Shown: positions 24,854-33,024 of the stretch, piece by piece
How positions within the stretch are numbered: position 1 is the stretch's first letter
Layout of the letters: each line of letters starts with the position of its first letter
NCBI GenBank assembly: GCA_003136935.1
Contig: PLEC01000130.1
Coordinates: forward strand, 41,050-99,387
Length of the DNA: 58,338 nt
Origin: Gammaproteobacteria bacterium
Lineage (GTDB): Bacteria > Pseudomonadota > Gammaproteobacteria > Steroidobacterales > Steroidobacteraceae
Reading direction: 5' to 3'
Translations under genes and position numbers: made by a program
The notes under the pieces: generated by a model
What the model was told of the DNA's origin: nothing
The model's input: only the letters and a program-made list of their open reading frames with translations
The model's database searches: none

Positions 24854-26038
24854 TCAGCGTTTGAGCTTCGCCGCCACCCGCCGGTAGGCCTCGCGGAAAG
24901 GGATGCCCTCGGTGACCACCAGGCGGTTGGCTTCTTCCGCGGCGTGAATCGCGGGATCCAGTCGCACCGCCGCGGGCCGCAACTGCAGTGAGCCGATGGC
25001 GGCCGGGAGAATGGCGAGCGTCTCGAGCGCCAGATCAATGCCGCGGAACAGCGGGAACTTCAAGAGCTGCAGGTCGCGGTGGTAGCCGGAAGGCAGCTTC
25101 GCGCAGATGGCGAGCGCTTCCAGGAGGCAGGCCTGCGCGGTGGCCGAACGGCCGCGCACCAGCTCGAACAGATCCGGGTTGCGCTTCTGCGGCATGATGG
25201 ACGAGCCGGTGGTGAACGCTTCGCCCACTGCCAGGAAACCAAACTCATAAGTTCCGTACAGCACCACGTCAGCGGCGAAGCGGCCGAGGTCCTGTATGAG
25301 CAGCGTGATTTCAAACAACAGCTGGGCCTCGGCCTTGCCGCGCGAGAGTTGCACCGCGGTGACCGGCTCCTGCACGCCCGCGAAGCCCAGCTTCTCGCGT
25401 GTCGTCTCGCGATCGATGGGCAGCCCTGGCGTGCCATAGCCGGCTGCCGAACCTAAGGGGTTCTTGTCCACACGGCGCAGCACCTGTTCGAGGCCCTGGG
25501 CATCGTCGCGGATTTCCGCGGCAAAGCCGCCGGCCCACAGGGCCACCGAACTGGGCATGGCCTGCTGCAGGTGGGTGTAGCCGGGCAGCACCGTGCTGGC
25601 CTCACGCGCACCGAGCGTATCGAGCGCGGTCGCCACGGCGAGCGCGCCACGGCTCAGACTTGCGATCACCTCGCGCAGGTACAGGCGCACGGCGGCGAGC
25701 ACCTGGTCGTTGCGTGAGCGGCCAAGATGTATGCGCGCACCAGCCGCGCCGAGGCGCGCGGTCAGGCGCCGCTCGAGCGCTGTCTGGCCGTCCTCATCCG
25801 CAAGCTCAATGCGCCACTCGCCACGCGCGTGCTCGGCGGCAAGTGCCGTGAGCCCCTCGCGGATGGCGGCAAGATCCACCGGCGACAACAGTTGCCGCGC
25901 GTGCAGCATTTCCGCGTGCGCGATGGAGGCGCGCACGTCATGGGCGACCAGGCGCTCATCGAGCGCGTAGTCCTCGCCGGCGGTGTACTCGAGCACACGC
26001 GCATCCAGCGGCACGCCCTTGTCCCACAGTCGTGTCAT
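24854..26038 (-). CDS. argH: Argininosuccinate lyase (short form)
   Basis: Fumarase/lyase family. HLGRSRNDQ and GSSIMPQKRNPD signatures. 394 aa, which is shorter than the typical ArgH. Last gene of the arg operon, and its start overlaps the argB stop. Confidence 0.85.
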   Translation of the reverse strand: MTRLWDKGVPLDARVLEYTAGEDYALDERLVAHDVRASIAHAEMLHARQLLSPVDLAAIREGLTALAAEHARGEWRIELADEDGQTALERRLTARLGAAGARIHLGRSRNDQVLAAVRLYLREVIASLSRGALAVATALDTLGAREASTVLPGYTHLQQAMPSSVALWAGGFAAEIRDDAQGLEQVLRRVDKNPLGSAAGYGTPGLPIDRETTREKLGFAGVQEPVTAVQLSRGKAEAQLLFEITLLIQDLGRFAADVVLYGTYEFGFLAVGEAFTTGSSIMPQKRNPDLFELVRGRSATAQACLLEALAICAKLPSGYHRDLQLLKFPLFRGIDLALETLAILPAAIGSLQLRPAAVRLDPAIHAAEEANRLVVTEGIPFREAYRRVAAKLKR

Positions 26039-26970
26039 GGCGGGGCCTGCTGCTCCGCCGGCGTAAGCGCGTTGATATCCGCAACGATGAGCGTACCGGT
26101 GCCTTCGTTGGTGAACACCTCACCGAGGATCCCTTCCGGGGCCTGGTACGAAACCACGTGCACACGCCGGACACCGCCGCGGATCGCATCCTCAATCGCC
26201 TTGGCCTTCGGCAGCATGCCGTCGGCGATGTGGCCCTCGTCGCGCAGCTTCTTCAGCCCGCGCAGGTCGGTGTAGGAAACCAGTGAGCCGGGATCGGCAA
26301 GGTCGCCGAGGATGCCGGGGGCCCCGGTGCACAGGATGAGCTTCTCCGCCGCGAGCGCTGCACCGATGGCCGCGGCGACGGTGTCGGCGTTGATGTTGAG
26401 CAGCGTCCCGGACTCATCCGCCGACAGCGGGCTCACCACCGGCATGAGGCCGTTGTCGAGCAGCTTTTTCAGGACCGTGGGGTCCACCGCGTCGATGTCG
26501 CCGACGAAGCCGTAATCGATCATCTCACCATTGGAGGCGAGTCTTACGGGCGGGCGCTTGTGGGCCCGCACCAGGCCGGCGTCCACGCCGCTGATGCCCA
26601 CCGCGTCAATGTTGAGGTCGCGGCAGATGCCGAGCACGCGCGTGTTGATGAGCCCATTCAACACCATCGCCGTGGCATCGATGGACTTCTGATCGGTGAC
26701 CCGCCGGCCCTCCACCATGCGGACGGGCACGCCGAGCGCGGCGGAGAGCTCGGTAAGCTGCGGCCCGCCGCCGTGCACCAGCACCACGCGCACACCGAAG
26801 AAATGCAGGATCGCGATCTGCTCGACCAGCACCCGCGTGGCGTTCTCGTCGGCGAACACCCCGCCGCCGACCTTCACGACGAAAGTCTTGCCCTTGAACA
26901 TGCGAATGTAGGGCGCGGCGCTTTTCAGCGCGTGGATGGCGAGGGCCTGGTCGCTGCGATGCATGATCAT
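26035..26970 (-). CDS. argB: Acetylglutamate kinase
   Basis: 311 aa starting at MIMHRSDQ. AAK family motifs (KTFVVKVGGG, VLVHGGGPQ, NINADTVAAAIG). The ORF-track extension to 27456 runs antisense-frame through argF'. Confidence 0.9.
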   Translation of the reverse strand: MIMHRSDQALAIHALKSAAPYIRMFKGKTFVVKVGGGVFADENATRVLVEQIAILHFFGVRVVLVHGGGPQLTELSAALGVPVRMVEGRRVTDQKSIDATAMVLNGLINTRVLGICRDLNIDAVGISGVDAGLVRAHKRPPVRLASNGEMIDYGFVGDIDAVDPTVLKKLLDNGLMPVVSPLSADESGTLLNINADTVAAAIGAALAAEKLILCTGAPGILGDLADPGSLVSYTDLRGLKKLRDEGHIADGMLPKAKAIEDAIRGGVRRVHVVSYQAPEGILGEVFTNEGTGTLIVADINALTPAEQQAPP

Positions 26971-27971
26971 GGGGGAGTCCTGAGTAATTGATGGAGTACG
27001 GCCATCTGCGTCGGCAGGCGGTTGCGGGCCTCGAGCTGCACGGCGCTGCGCGGCCCGTCGAGCACCGCATCGCTGATGGCGGTGTTGCGCCGTACCGGCA
27101 GGCAATGCATGACGCGGCAGCCGGCTGCGGCGGCGGCGAACCAGTCCTCGCGCACGCACCAGTCGGTCAGTGGCGCGCGCAGCCGCGCATCCGCGGCGTT
27201 GTCGCCGTAGCAGGCGGTCGCGCCCCACTCCTTTACATAGAGAACGTCCGCGCCCTTCAGGGCTGAAGCGCGCTCGCTCGTCTCGCGGATCGAGCCGCCG
27301 GCGGCGGCCGCGGCCTGGCGCGCGCGCTCCATGATGGCGGGCGGCAGTGCGAAGCCCTCCGGGCGCAGCACGATCACCTCCATGCCGCGCAGCGCCGCCA
27401 TGTGCAGCGCGGCGGCCGGCACCGCCAGTGGCAGGGCGCGTGGGTGCCACGCCCACGAGAGCACGAAGCGAGCGGTGCGCGGTACCGCGAGATCATCGAG
27501 CGTCTTCCAGTCCGCGAGTGCCTGGCACGGATGATTGGCGGCGGATTCGAGATTGATGAGTGGCTTGTCGATGAGTGCCGCCATCGTGCCGAAAGTGGTT
27601 TCGGCGAGATCGTGAGCGAGATCACGCCCCGCGGCGAACGCGCGGATTCCAAGTGCGTCGCAATAGGACGCCAGCACCGGCAGGGCCTCGCGCACGTGCT
27701 CCGCCGCCGCGCCATCCATGACCACCCCGTCGCGCGTCTCGAGCTGCCAGCTGCCCTGGCCCGGGTTGATGACGAAGGAGCCACCGCCCAGGCGCAGCAT
27801 CGCCGTCTGGCACGACGCGAGCGTGCGCAGCGACGGGTTGAAGAACACCAGTCCCAGGATCTTGCCGGCGAGTGCCTGCGGCTCCGGGTGCGACTCCAGG
27901 CGCCGCGCGAGCTCGAGCAGCGCCAGCACTTCATCGCGCGGCAGCTGCGCCAGATCGACAAAGCGCTTCAC
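26967..27971 (-). CDS. argF': N-acetylornithine (or N-succinylornithine) carbamoyltransferase, ArgF' type
   Basis: 334 aa from a GTG inside a GTGA overlap with the argD stop. It has FFNPSLRT (not the OTCase STRTR), plus NHPCQALAD and HCLPVRRN motifs, resembling the Xanthomonas/Bacteroides acyl-ornithine transcarbamylases. Confidence 0.75.
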   Translation of the reverse strand: MKRFVDLAQLPRDEVLALLELARRLESHPEPQALAGKILGLVFFNPSLRTLASCQTAMLRLGGGSFVINPGQGSWQLETRDGVVMDGAAAEHVREALPVLASYCDALGIRAFAAGRDLAHDLAETTFGTMAALIDKPLINLESAANHPCQALADWKTLDDLAVPRTARFVLSWAWHPRALPLAVPAAALHMAALRGMEVIVLRPEGFALPPAIMERARQAAAAAGGSIRETSERASALKGADVLYVKEWGATACYGDNAADARLRAPLTDWCVREDWFAAAAAGCRVMHCLPVRRNTAISDAVLDGPRSAVQLEARNRLPTQMAVLHQLLRTPP

Positions 27972-29107
27972 GCCGCCAGATCCCTGAGCGCCCCGCTCAG
28001 CATATCCACGTGTTCCTCCTCGAGAATGAAGGGCGGCAGCAGCCGCAGGATGTTGGGATCGCTGGCGGTGCCGGCGAGGATGCCGCACTCCAGAAGATCC
28101 GCCTGCAGTGCTTTTGCCGGCCGCGTGGTGCGCAGCCCGATGAGTAGCCCCGCCCCCTGGTGTCCGGTCACCGGACCCACGACGCAGGTCTTGCGGATGT
28201 AGTCGCCGATGCGTTGCACGCGCTCGAGCAGTTGTTCGCCCTCGATCGCATTCAGCACCGCCTCGATCGCGGCGCACGCCAGCGGGCCGCCGCCGAAGGT
28301 GGTGCCGAGGGAGTCCGCCTTGAGCGACGCCGACACCACCGCCGACATCATCAGCGCCGCGCACGGGAAGCCGTTGCCGAGCGCCTTGGCGGTGGTGAGC
28401 ATGTCGGGGCGCACGCCGTAGAGGTTGGCCGCGAAGGGCTCGCCGGTGCGGCCGACGCCGCACTGCACTTCGTCGAATATCAGCAGCGCACCCACTTCAT
28501 CACACCGCTTGCGCAGCGCCGCGAGAAACGCCGCGCCCAGATCCACCGCCCCGGCAAGCCCCTGCACCGGCTCGACGATCAGCGCCGCGGTCCGCGCGGT
28601 GATCTGCGAGGTGATGGCGCTCGTGTCGCCGCGCGGGATAAAGCTCACGTCAAAGGGCGTACGCGGAAATCCGTAGCCCTTGGCCTGGGCGCCCCAGGTC
28701 ACGGCCCCGGCCGCGGCGGTGCGTCCATGGAATGCGCCCTCGATGGCGGCGACGTGCGGCCGGCCGGTCATGCGCAGCGCAACCTTGAGCGCGTTCTCGT
28801 TGGCCTCGGCGCCGCTGTTGACGAAGAACACGCTCGCAAATGGTAATCGCGAGAAGCGCACCAGGTGCGCGGCCGCGCGCGCACGCACCTGCATCGCGAC
28901 CGCGTTGCTCTGAAACTGACAGGCCTCGGCCTGGCGGGCCAGCGCCGCCGTCCACCCGGGATGCGCGTAGCCGAGTCCCGCGACCGCGTGCCCGCCGTAC
29001 AGATCGAGCACGCGCTCGCCGCGGCTGTTGGTGAGCCACACGCCCTGCGCCGACACGACTTCCAGCGGGTACTGCGAGAACACCGGTGCGAGGAAGCTGT
29101 GGTCCAT
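27968..29107 (-). CDS. argD: Acetylornithine aminotransferase (class III PLP aminotransferase)
   Basis: 379 aa. FFVNSGAEANE and LIFDEVQCGVGRTG motifs. PLP-lysine context TTAKALGNGFP. Confidence 0.85.
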   Translation of the reverse strand: MDHSFLAPVFSQYPLEVVSAQGVWLTNSRGERVLDLYGGHAVAGLGYAHPGWTAALARQAEACQFQSNAVAMQVRARAAAHLVRFSRLPFASVFFVNSGAEANENALKVALRMTGRPHVAAIEGAFHGRTAAAGAVTWGAQAKGYGFPRTPFDVSFIPRGDTSAITSQITARTAALIVEPVQGLAGAVDLGAAFLAALRKRCDEVGALLIFDEVQCGVGRTGEPFAANLYGVRPDMLTTAKALGNGFPCAALMMSAVVSASLKADSLGTTFGGGPLACAAIEAVLNAIEGEQLLERVQRIGDYIRKTCVVGPVTGHQGAGLLIGLRTTRPAKALQADLLECGILAGTASDPNILRLLPPFILEEEHVDMLSGALRDLAA

Positions 29108-29117
29108 GGGCGCTCCT

Positions 29118-30179
29118 TCAGGTCCAGCCCGGCGCGGGCGCCGTGAGGCCGGTGGTTTCCGGCAGTGCGAACAGGCGGTTCATCCACTGCACGGCGCCGC
29201 CGGCCGCGCCCTTGGTGAGATTGTCGATGGCACACAGGACCGCCACGGTGCCGTCCTTTGCGGCCGCCGACAGGTGCGCGTAGTTGCTGGCCACCACGTC
29301 CTTGATCCGTGGCGCCTCTGCCGTGACGCGCACGAACGGAGCATGTGCATAAAAGTCCCTCAAGGCCGCCAGCACGTCCGCCGTATCCACAGCGCGGCTC
29401 GCCGCCGCCTGCACCGCGACGTGGATACCCCGCGCAAAGGGACCGGAGTGGGGCACGAAGGCGAACTGCGCCGCAACGCCGGATGCGGCGCGCGCGCATG
29501 CCGCGACCTCCGGCACATGACGGTGGCTGAGCGCGCCGTAGCTGTAGAGATCACTGTGGCGCAGCGGATGATGCGTGCCCTCCACCGGCTTGCGCCCGGA
29601 GCCGGTACTGCCCGTGACCCCGCTGACGAACAGGGGTTGCCTCACGAGTCCCGCCGCCAGCAGCGGCACGCTCGCGAGCAGGATCGCGGTGGCAAAACAT
29701 CCCGGGTGCGCGATGTGCGGGGTGGTCGCCTCGTTGAGATGCTCCGGCAGCGCGCAGGTGAATTCGCGCATCCGCCCGGGCGCACCATGCGCGTGCGCAT
29801 AAACCTGCGCATATGTTTCCGGCGAGGCGTAGCGGAAATCCGCTGAAATATCGACCACCCGCGGCCGTGTGCCGGCGCGCTGCGCGCCACTGAGCAGAGT
29901 GTCGATCAGGGAAGCGGAGACACCATGTGGGGCTGCGGAGAATACCGCCGACTCGGGCGCTGCGGCGATGAGCGGTGCAACCTCGGCCTGGGACCTGAAG
30001 CGCTCCCCGGGGTATGAGGATGCGAGGTGCGGGAAGGCGCGGGCGATGCTCTCGCCCGGCTGGCTGTCCGACATAACCGCCGCAAGCCTGAAGTTCGGGT
30101 GCGCGGCGATGAGGCGCAGCAGTTCGCCGGCGACGTAGCCGGTGCCGCCGAGGACCACTGTTGGAATCCGCGGGCTCAT
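29118..30179 (-). CDS. argC: N-acetyl-gamma-glutamyl-phosphate reductase
   Basis: 353 aa. GGTGYVAGELLRL NAD-binding motif and active-site HPGCFATA. Confidence 0.9.
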   Translation of the reverse strand: MSPRIPTVVLGGTGYVAGELLRLIAAHPNFRLAAVMSDSQPGESIARAFPHLASSYPGERFRSQAEVAPLIAAAPESAVFSAAPHGVSASLIDTLLSGAQRAGTRPRVVDISADFRYASPETYAQVYAHAHGAPGRMREFTCALPEHLNEATTPHIAHPGCFATAILLASVPLLAAGLVRQPLFVSGVTGSTGSGRKPVEGTHHPLRHSDLYSYGALSHRHVPEVAACARAASGVAAQFAFVPHSGPFARGIHVAVQAAASRAVDTADVLAALRDFYAHAPFVRVTAEAPRIKDVVASNYAHLSAAAKDGTVAVLCAIDNLTKGAAGGAVQWMNRLFALPETTGLTAPAPGWT

Positions 30180-31252
30180 TGCACGGCCGCGGCTTTCAGC
30201 CCCAGCGCTTCAATCACGCAATCTCCGAGCGCCGCGCCGTTGCTCAGGGCGTTGAACGCCGGCACGTTCATCTGCGTGGTGATGATCTCCACGCCCACCT
30301 GGTTGTCGGTCGCCGGCCCGGTCACGACGCACGGCTCAATCGCGAAGCGCTCGCGCAGCAGCTTCACGCCGCCCCAGGCGGCCACCGGATCGTTGGCGGA
30401 CAGGATCACGCCACTTAAGGCGGCGCGGATATCGGGACATTCGAGGATGGCATCGACGCCGTAGGTGCCGAGAATGCCGTCGCCGAGTTCGAACACCACC
30501 ACGTCGGGCTTGCCCGCCGCGAGTGCGCTCAACATGGTGCGCGTGAGCGCCGGACCATTGACGCGCGTGGTCGTGACGACGCCCAGATCGGTGAATATGG
30601 CGCAGCGGCGTGCGCCCGCGTCCTCCATGGCGAGGACGTCGCGGCGCAGGGAAACGCCGGTCGCCTTGAAGGCATCGACGGTGAGTCCGCGGTGGCGCAT
30701 GCGGGCGATGACCGCACAGGCGGCCGCCGTCTTGCCGGCTTCCATGCAGGTGCCGGCGAGCGCCACCACCGGCACGCCACGGGTGTCGAGAGCCGCGTTG
30801 AGGTCGAGCGCTTTCGCACCCACGCGCGCGGGTACGCCGATGCGCTCCCCGAGGTAAGGGAAATTCAGCGCCACGCCCAGCACGCGGCAATCAAAAGGCC
30901 GGCCCTTGTCGGGATTGATGGAATCGCAGATGCCGAGCACGCCGCCGATGTTGAGCATCTGGATGATGTCGCCCGGCTGAATGGTCGCCGGCACGTGGCC
31001 GGAGTAACCAAAGAGCGCGCGGCGGTGACCCAGGGCACCCGCGACCACGTCGCCCTTGCCCACCTTGGCCATGCGGCCGCTGGTGAGCTCGAGGGTGTTG
31101 TAGGTCGACTTGTTGGTGAGCACTTCGACCACCACCACGACGCCTTCTTCCGCGGGAATATCCGTGGCGATGCGTACCTCGTGCGACAGGCCGCAGGCCT
31201 GGGTCACGGAGGCGAGCTTGTCGACGACAACGCTGCGCATGTTGCCGACCAT
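30176..31252 (-). CDS. Uncharacterised two-domain protein with P-loop-like motif, embedded in the arg operon
   Basis: 358 aa starting at MVGNMRSV. Beta-rich N-terminal domain (GVVVVVEVLTNKSTYNTLELTSGRMAKVGKGDVV…). C-terminal alpha/beta domain with VVALAGTCMEAGKTAA (GxxxxGKT-like). It starts 2 nt after the argG stop, and its stop overlaps the argC start by 4 nt. Not an M20 deacetylase, GNAT or ArgJ by eye. Confidence 0.7.
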   Translation of the reverse strand: MVGNMRSVVVDKLASVTQACGLSHEVRIATDIPAEEGVVVVVEVLTNKSTYNTLELTSGRMAKVGKGDVVAGALGHRRALFGYSGHVPATIQPGDIIQMLNIGGVLGICDSINPDKGRPFDCRVLGVALNFPYLGERIGVPARVGAKALDLNAALDTRGVPVVALAGTCMEAGKTAAACAVIARMRHRGLTVDAFKATGVSLRRDVLAMEDAGARRCAIFTDLGVVTTTRVNGPALTRTMLSALAAGKPDVVVFELGDGILGTYGVDAILECPDIRAALSGVILSANDPVAAWGGVKLLRERFAIEPCVVTGPATDNQVGVEIITTQMNVPAFNALSNGAALGDCVIEALGLKAAAVQ

Positions 31253-31254
31253 CG

Positions 31255-32496
31255 TTATGGTTGCTTCGCGCCCGCGCGCTCGCCGGCGCGGGTGTAGAAG
31301 ACGCCCGGCAGCGAGACGATGCGCGAGAACCCCAGCGAGTCGCTCGCCGACCACTCGCCCGCCGCCTCGCCGTACACGCCCCTGGAGGCGGCCATGAGCG
31401 AGTAGGGTGAATCCACGCCCTCGATGAACAGGCCCCCGGTCCGCAGCAGCAGGTGCACGTCGCCTGTGACGCGCGCCTGGGACGACACGAACAGCGCCTC
31501 GATGTCCCGGCACACCGGATCCAGGAGTTGCCCCTCGTGCACGAGATCCCCGTAGGTCTGGGCCACCAGTTCCTTGACGCGCTGCTGGCGGCCGGTGAGC
31601 ACCAGCTTCTCGAGCTCGCGGTGCGCGGTCAGCAGCACATCCGCCGCCGGTGCCTCGAAGGCCACGCGGCCCTTGGTGCCGATGATGGTGTCGCCGAGAT
31701 GAATGCCGCGGCCGATACCGAAGGGTGCGGCGAGCGTCTCGAGCGCCTCGATGATGGCCACGGGCGAAAGCGCCTTGCCGTCGAGTGCGACCGGGCGTCC
31801 CTGGTGGAAGGCCAGCACGTGACGCTGCGCAGCGCGCGGCTGCGCGAAGGCGTCGCGCGTCAGGAGCCAGGCGTCCTCGGGAATGCTGCCGGTGGAAGTG
31901 AGTGTTTCCTTGCCGCCGATGGTCACGCCCCACAGGCCGCGGTTGACCGAGTATTTCGCGCCCGTGGCGGGTACCGGCAGGCCGCGCTGCTGCAGATAGT
32001 CGAGTTCGTCCTGGCGTTTGAAAGCCTGATCCCGCACCGGCGCCAGCACCTTCAGGTCAGGCGCCAGCGTGCGCAACGCCACCTCGAAGCGCACCTGGTC
32101 GTTGCCGGCCGCGGTACAGCCGTGCGCGATCATGTCCGACCCGAGCCGGTGTGCCATGCGGGCGATGGTCTGCGCCTGCATGACGCGCTCGGCGCCGACA
32201 CACAGCGGGTAGAGTCCCCCGCGCCGCACGTTCCCCATGATGAGAAACCGCAGCACCTGCTCGAAGTAGTCGGCGCGCGCATCGACCTGGTGATGCGCGA
32301 TGGCGCCGAGCGCGTGCGCGCGTTGCGCGAGCGCATCCGCCGCGGCCGCATCGATTCCGCCGGTGTCGACCGTGACGGTGATCACCGGGCGCTGCTGCGT
32401 CTCCTTGATCCACGGCACCAGAAACGAAGTGTCGAGACCGCCGGAGTAGGCAAGAACGATGGGCGTGGCGCCGGTGCGCGGCAGCGTGCTGGACAT
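31255..32496 (-). CDS. argG: Argininosuccinate synthase
   Basis: 413 aa starting at MSSTLPRT. AYSGGLDTS ATP-binding motif and downstream ArgG motifs (GCTAAGNDQVRFE). Confidence 0.9.
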   Translation of the reverse strand: MSSTLPRTGATPIVLAYSGGLDTSFLVPWIKETQQRPVITVTVDTGGIDAAAADALAQRAHALGAIAHHQVDARADYFEQVLRFLIMGNVRRGGLYPLCVGAERVMQAQTIARMAHRLGSDMIAHGCTAAGNDQVRFEVALRTLAPDLKVLAPVRDQAFKRQDELDYLQQRGLPVPATGAKYSVNRGLWGVTIGGKETLTSTGSIPEDAWLLTRDAFAQPRAAQRHVLAFHQGRPVALDGKALSPVAIIEALETLAAPFGIGRGIHLGDTIIGTKGRVAFEAPAADVLLTAHRELEKLVLTGRQQRVKELVAQTYGDLVHEGQLLDPVCRDIEALFVSSQARVTGDVHLLLRTGGLFIEGVDSPYSLMAASRGVYGEAAGEWSASDSLGFSRIVSLPGVFYTRAGERAGAKQP

Positions 32497-32501
32497 GATG
32501 G

Positions 32502-32954
32502 TCAGACCCGGAACAGCGTGCGCAGGCGGCTGACGAGCTCTTCCTGGGCGCGCGCGTTGGCGGTGGCAATGAATATGGTGTCGTCGCCGGAGATGGTGCC
32601 GGCGACTTCCGGCCATTCGGCCTTGTCGATGGCGACGGCGACGCTTTGCGCGGCGCCAATCGTGGTGCGCAGCACGGCGATCGAGGGTCCGGCACGATGC
32701 AGCGCCCGTACGAACTGCGCCAGAGTGCCGAAGTCGCCATTGGCGCGCGTCACCTCGTCGGCGGGCAGCACGTAGCGGCCGCGCGCCTTGAGCACTCCCA
32801 GGTCGCGCAGGTCGCGGCTGACGGAGGACTGGTTGACGTCGTGACCTTCCTTCTTAAGGAGGCGCACGAGGTCCTGCTGCTTGCCGACCCGTCCCTCGCG
32901 CAGGATGCGCACGATGGCGCCGCGGCGCTCGAACTGTTGCGCGTCATTCAGCAT
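32502..32954 (-). CDS. argR: Arginine repressor
   Basis: 150 aa. N-terminal winged-helix (QQDLVRLLKKEGHDVNQSSVSRDLRDLG). C-terminal oligomerisation/arginine-binding domain (GTISGDDTIFIA). Confidence 0.9.
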   Translation of the reverse strand: MLNDAQQFERRGAIVRILREGRVGKQQDLVRLLKKEGHDVNQSSVSRDLRDLGVLKARGRYVLPADEVTRANGDFGTLAQFVRALHRAGPSIAVLRTTIGAAQSVAVAIDKAEWPEVAGTISGDDTIFIATANARAQEELVSRLRTLFRV

Positions 32955-32969
32955 GGCTTGTGGGCTTTA

Positions 32970-33004
32970 GGCATAAACATGCACATATTGTGCATTTAAA
33001 TGCG
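32970..33004. promoter_or_regulatory. Tandem ARG boxes (ArgR operator) upstream of argR
   Basis: GGCATAAACATGCA (32970-32983) and TGCATTTAAATGCG (32991-33004) both fit TGnAT-W4-ATnCA. Their starts are 21 bp apart (two helical turns). The perfect palindrome ATGCACA-TAT-TGTGCAT lies between them. They sit 16-50 nt upstream of the argR start. Confidence 0.65.
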
Positions 33005-33024
33005 CAACAGTCAAGGGCGGGTAA

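Noticed and set aside
26971-27456. Long N-terminal extensions given by the ORF track for argB. Analogous extensions exist for argF' to 28463, gene X to 31933, argG to 32616, amtB to 8076, nudC to 40613 and the dehydrogenase to 5858.
   Set aside because: The extensions overlap the upstream gene in another frame, are Arg/Pro/Gly-rich, and precede an internal Met or Val where family similarity begins. I used the shorter starts that give 4-nt overlaps or short gaps.
31453-32775. 440-aa plus-strand ORF antisense to argG/argR. Similar cases are 35512-36921 and 33430-34428 (antisense to tamB), 37267-38622 (antisense to tamA) and 7123-7950 (antisense to amtB).
   Set aside because: Same reasoning. 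The opposite strand encodes well-supported proteins, and these frames are low-complexity and Arg-rich with no domain signatures.
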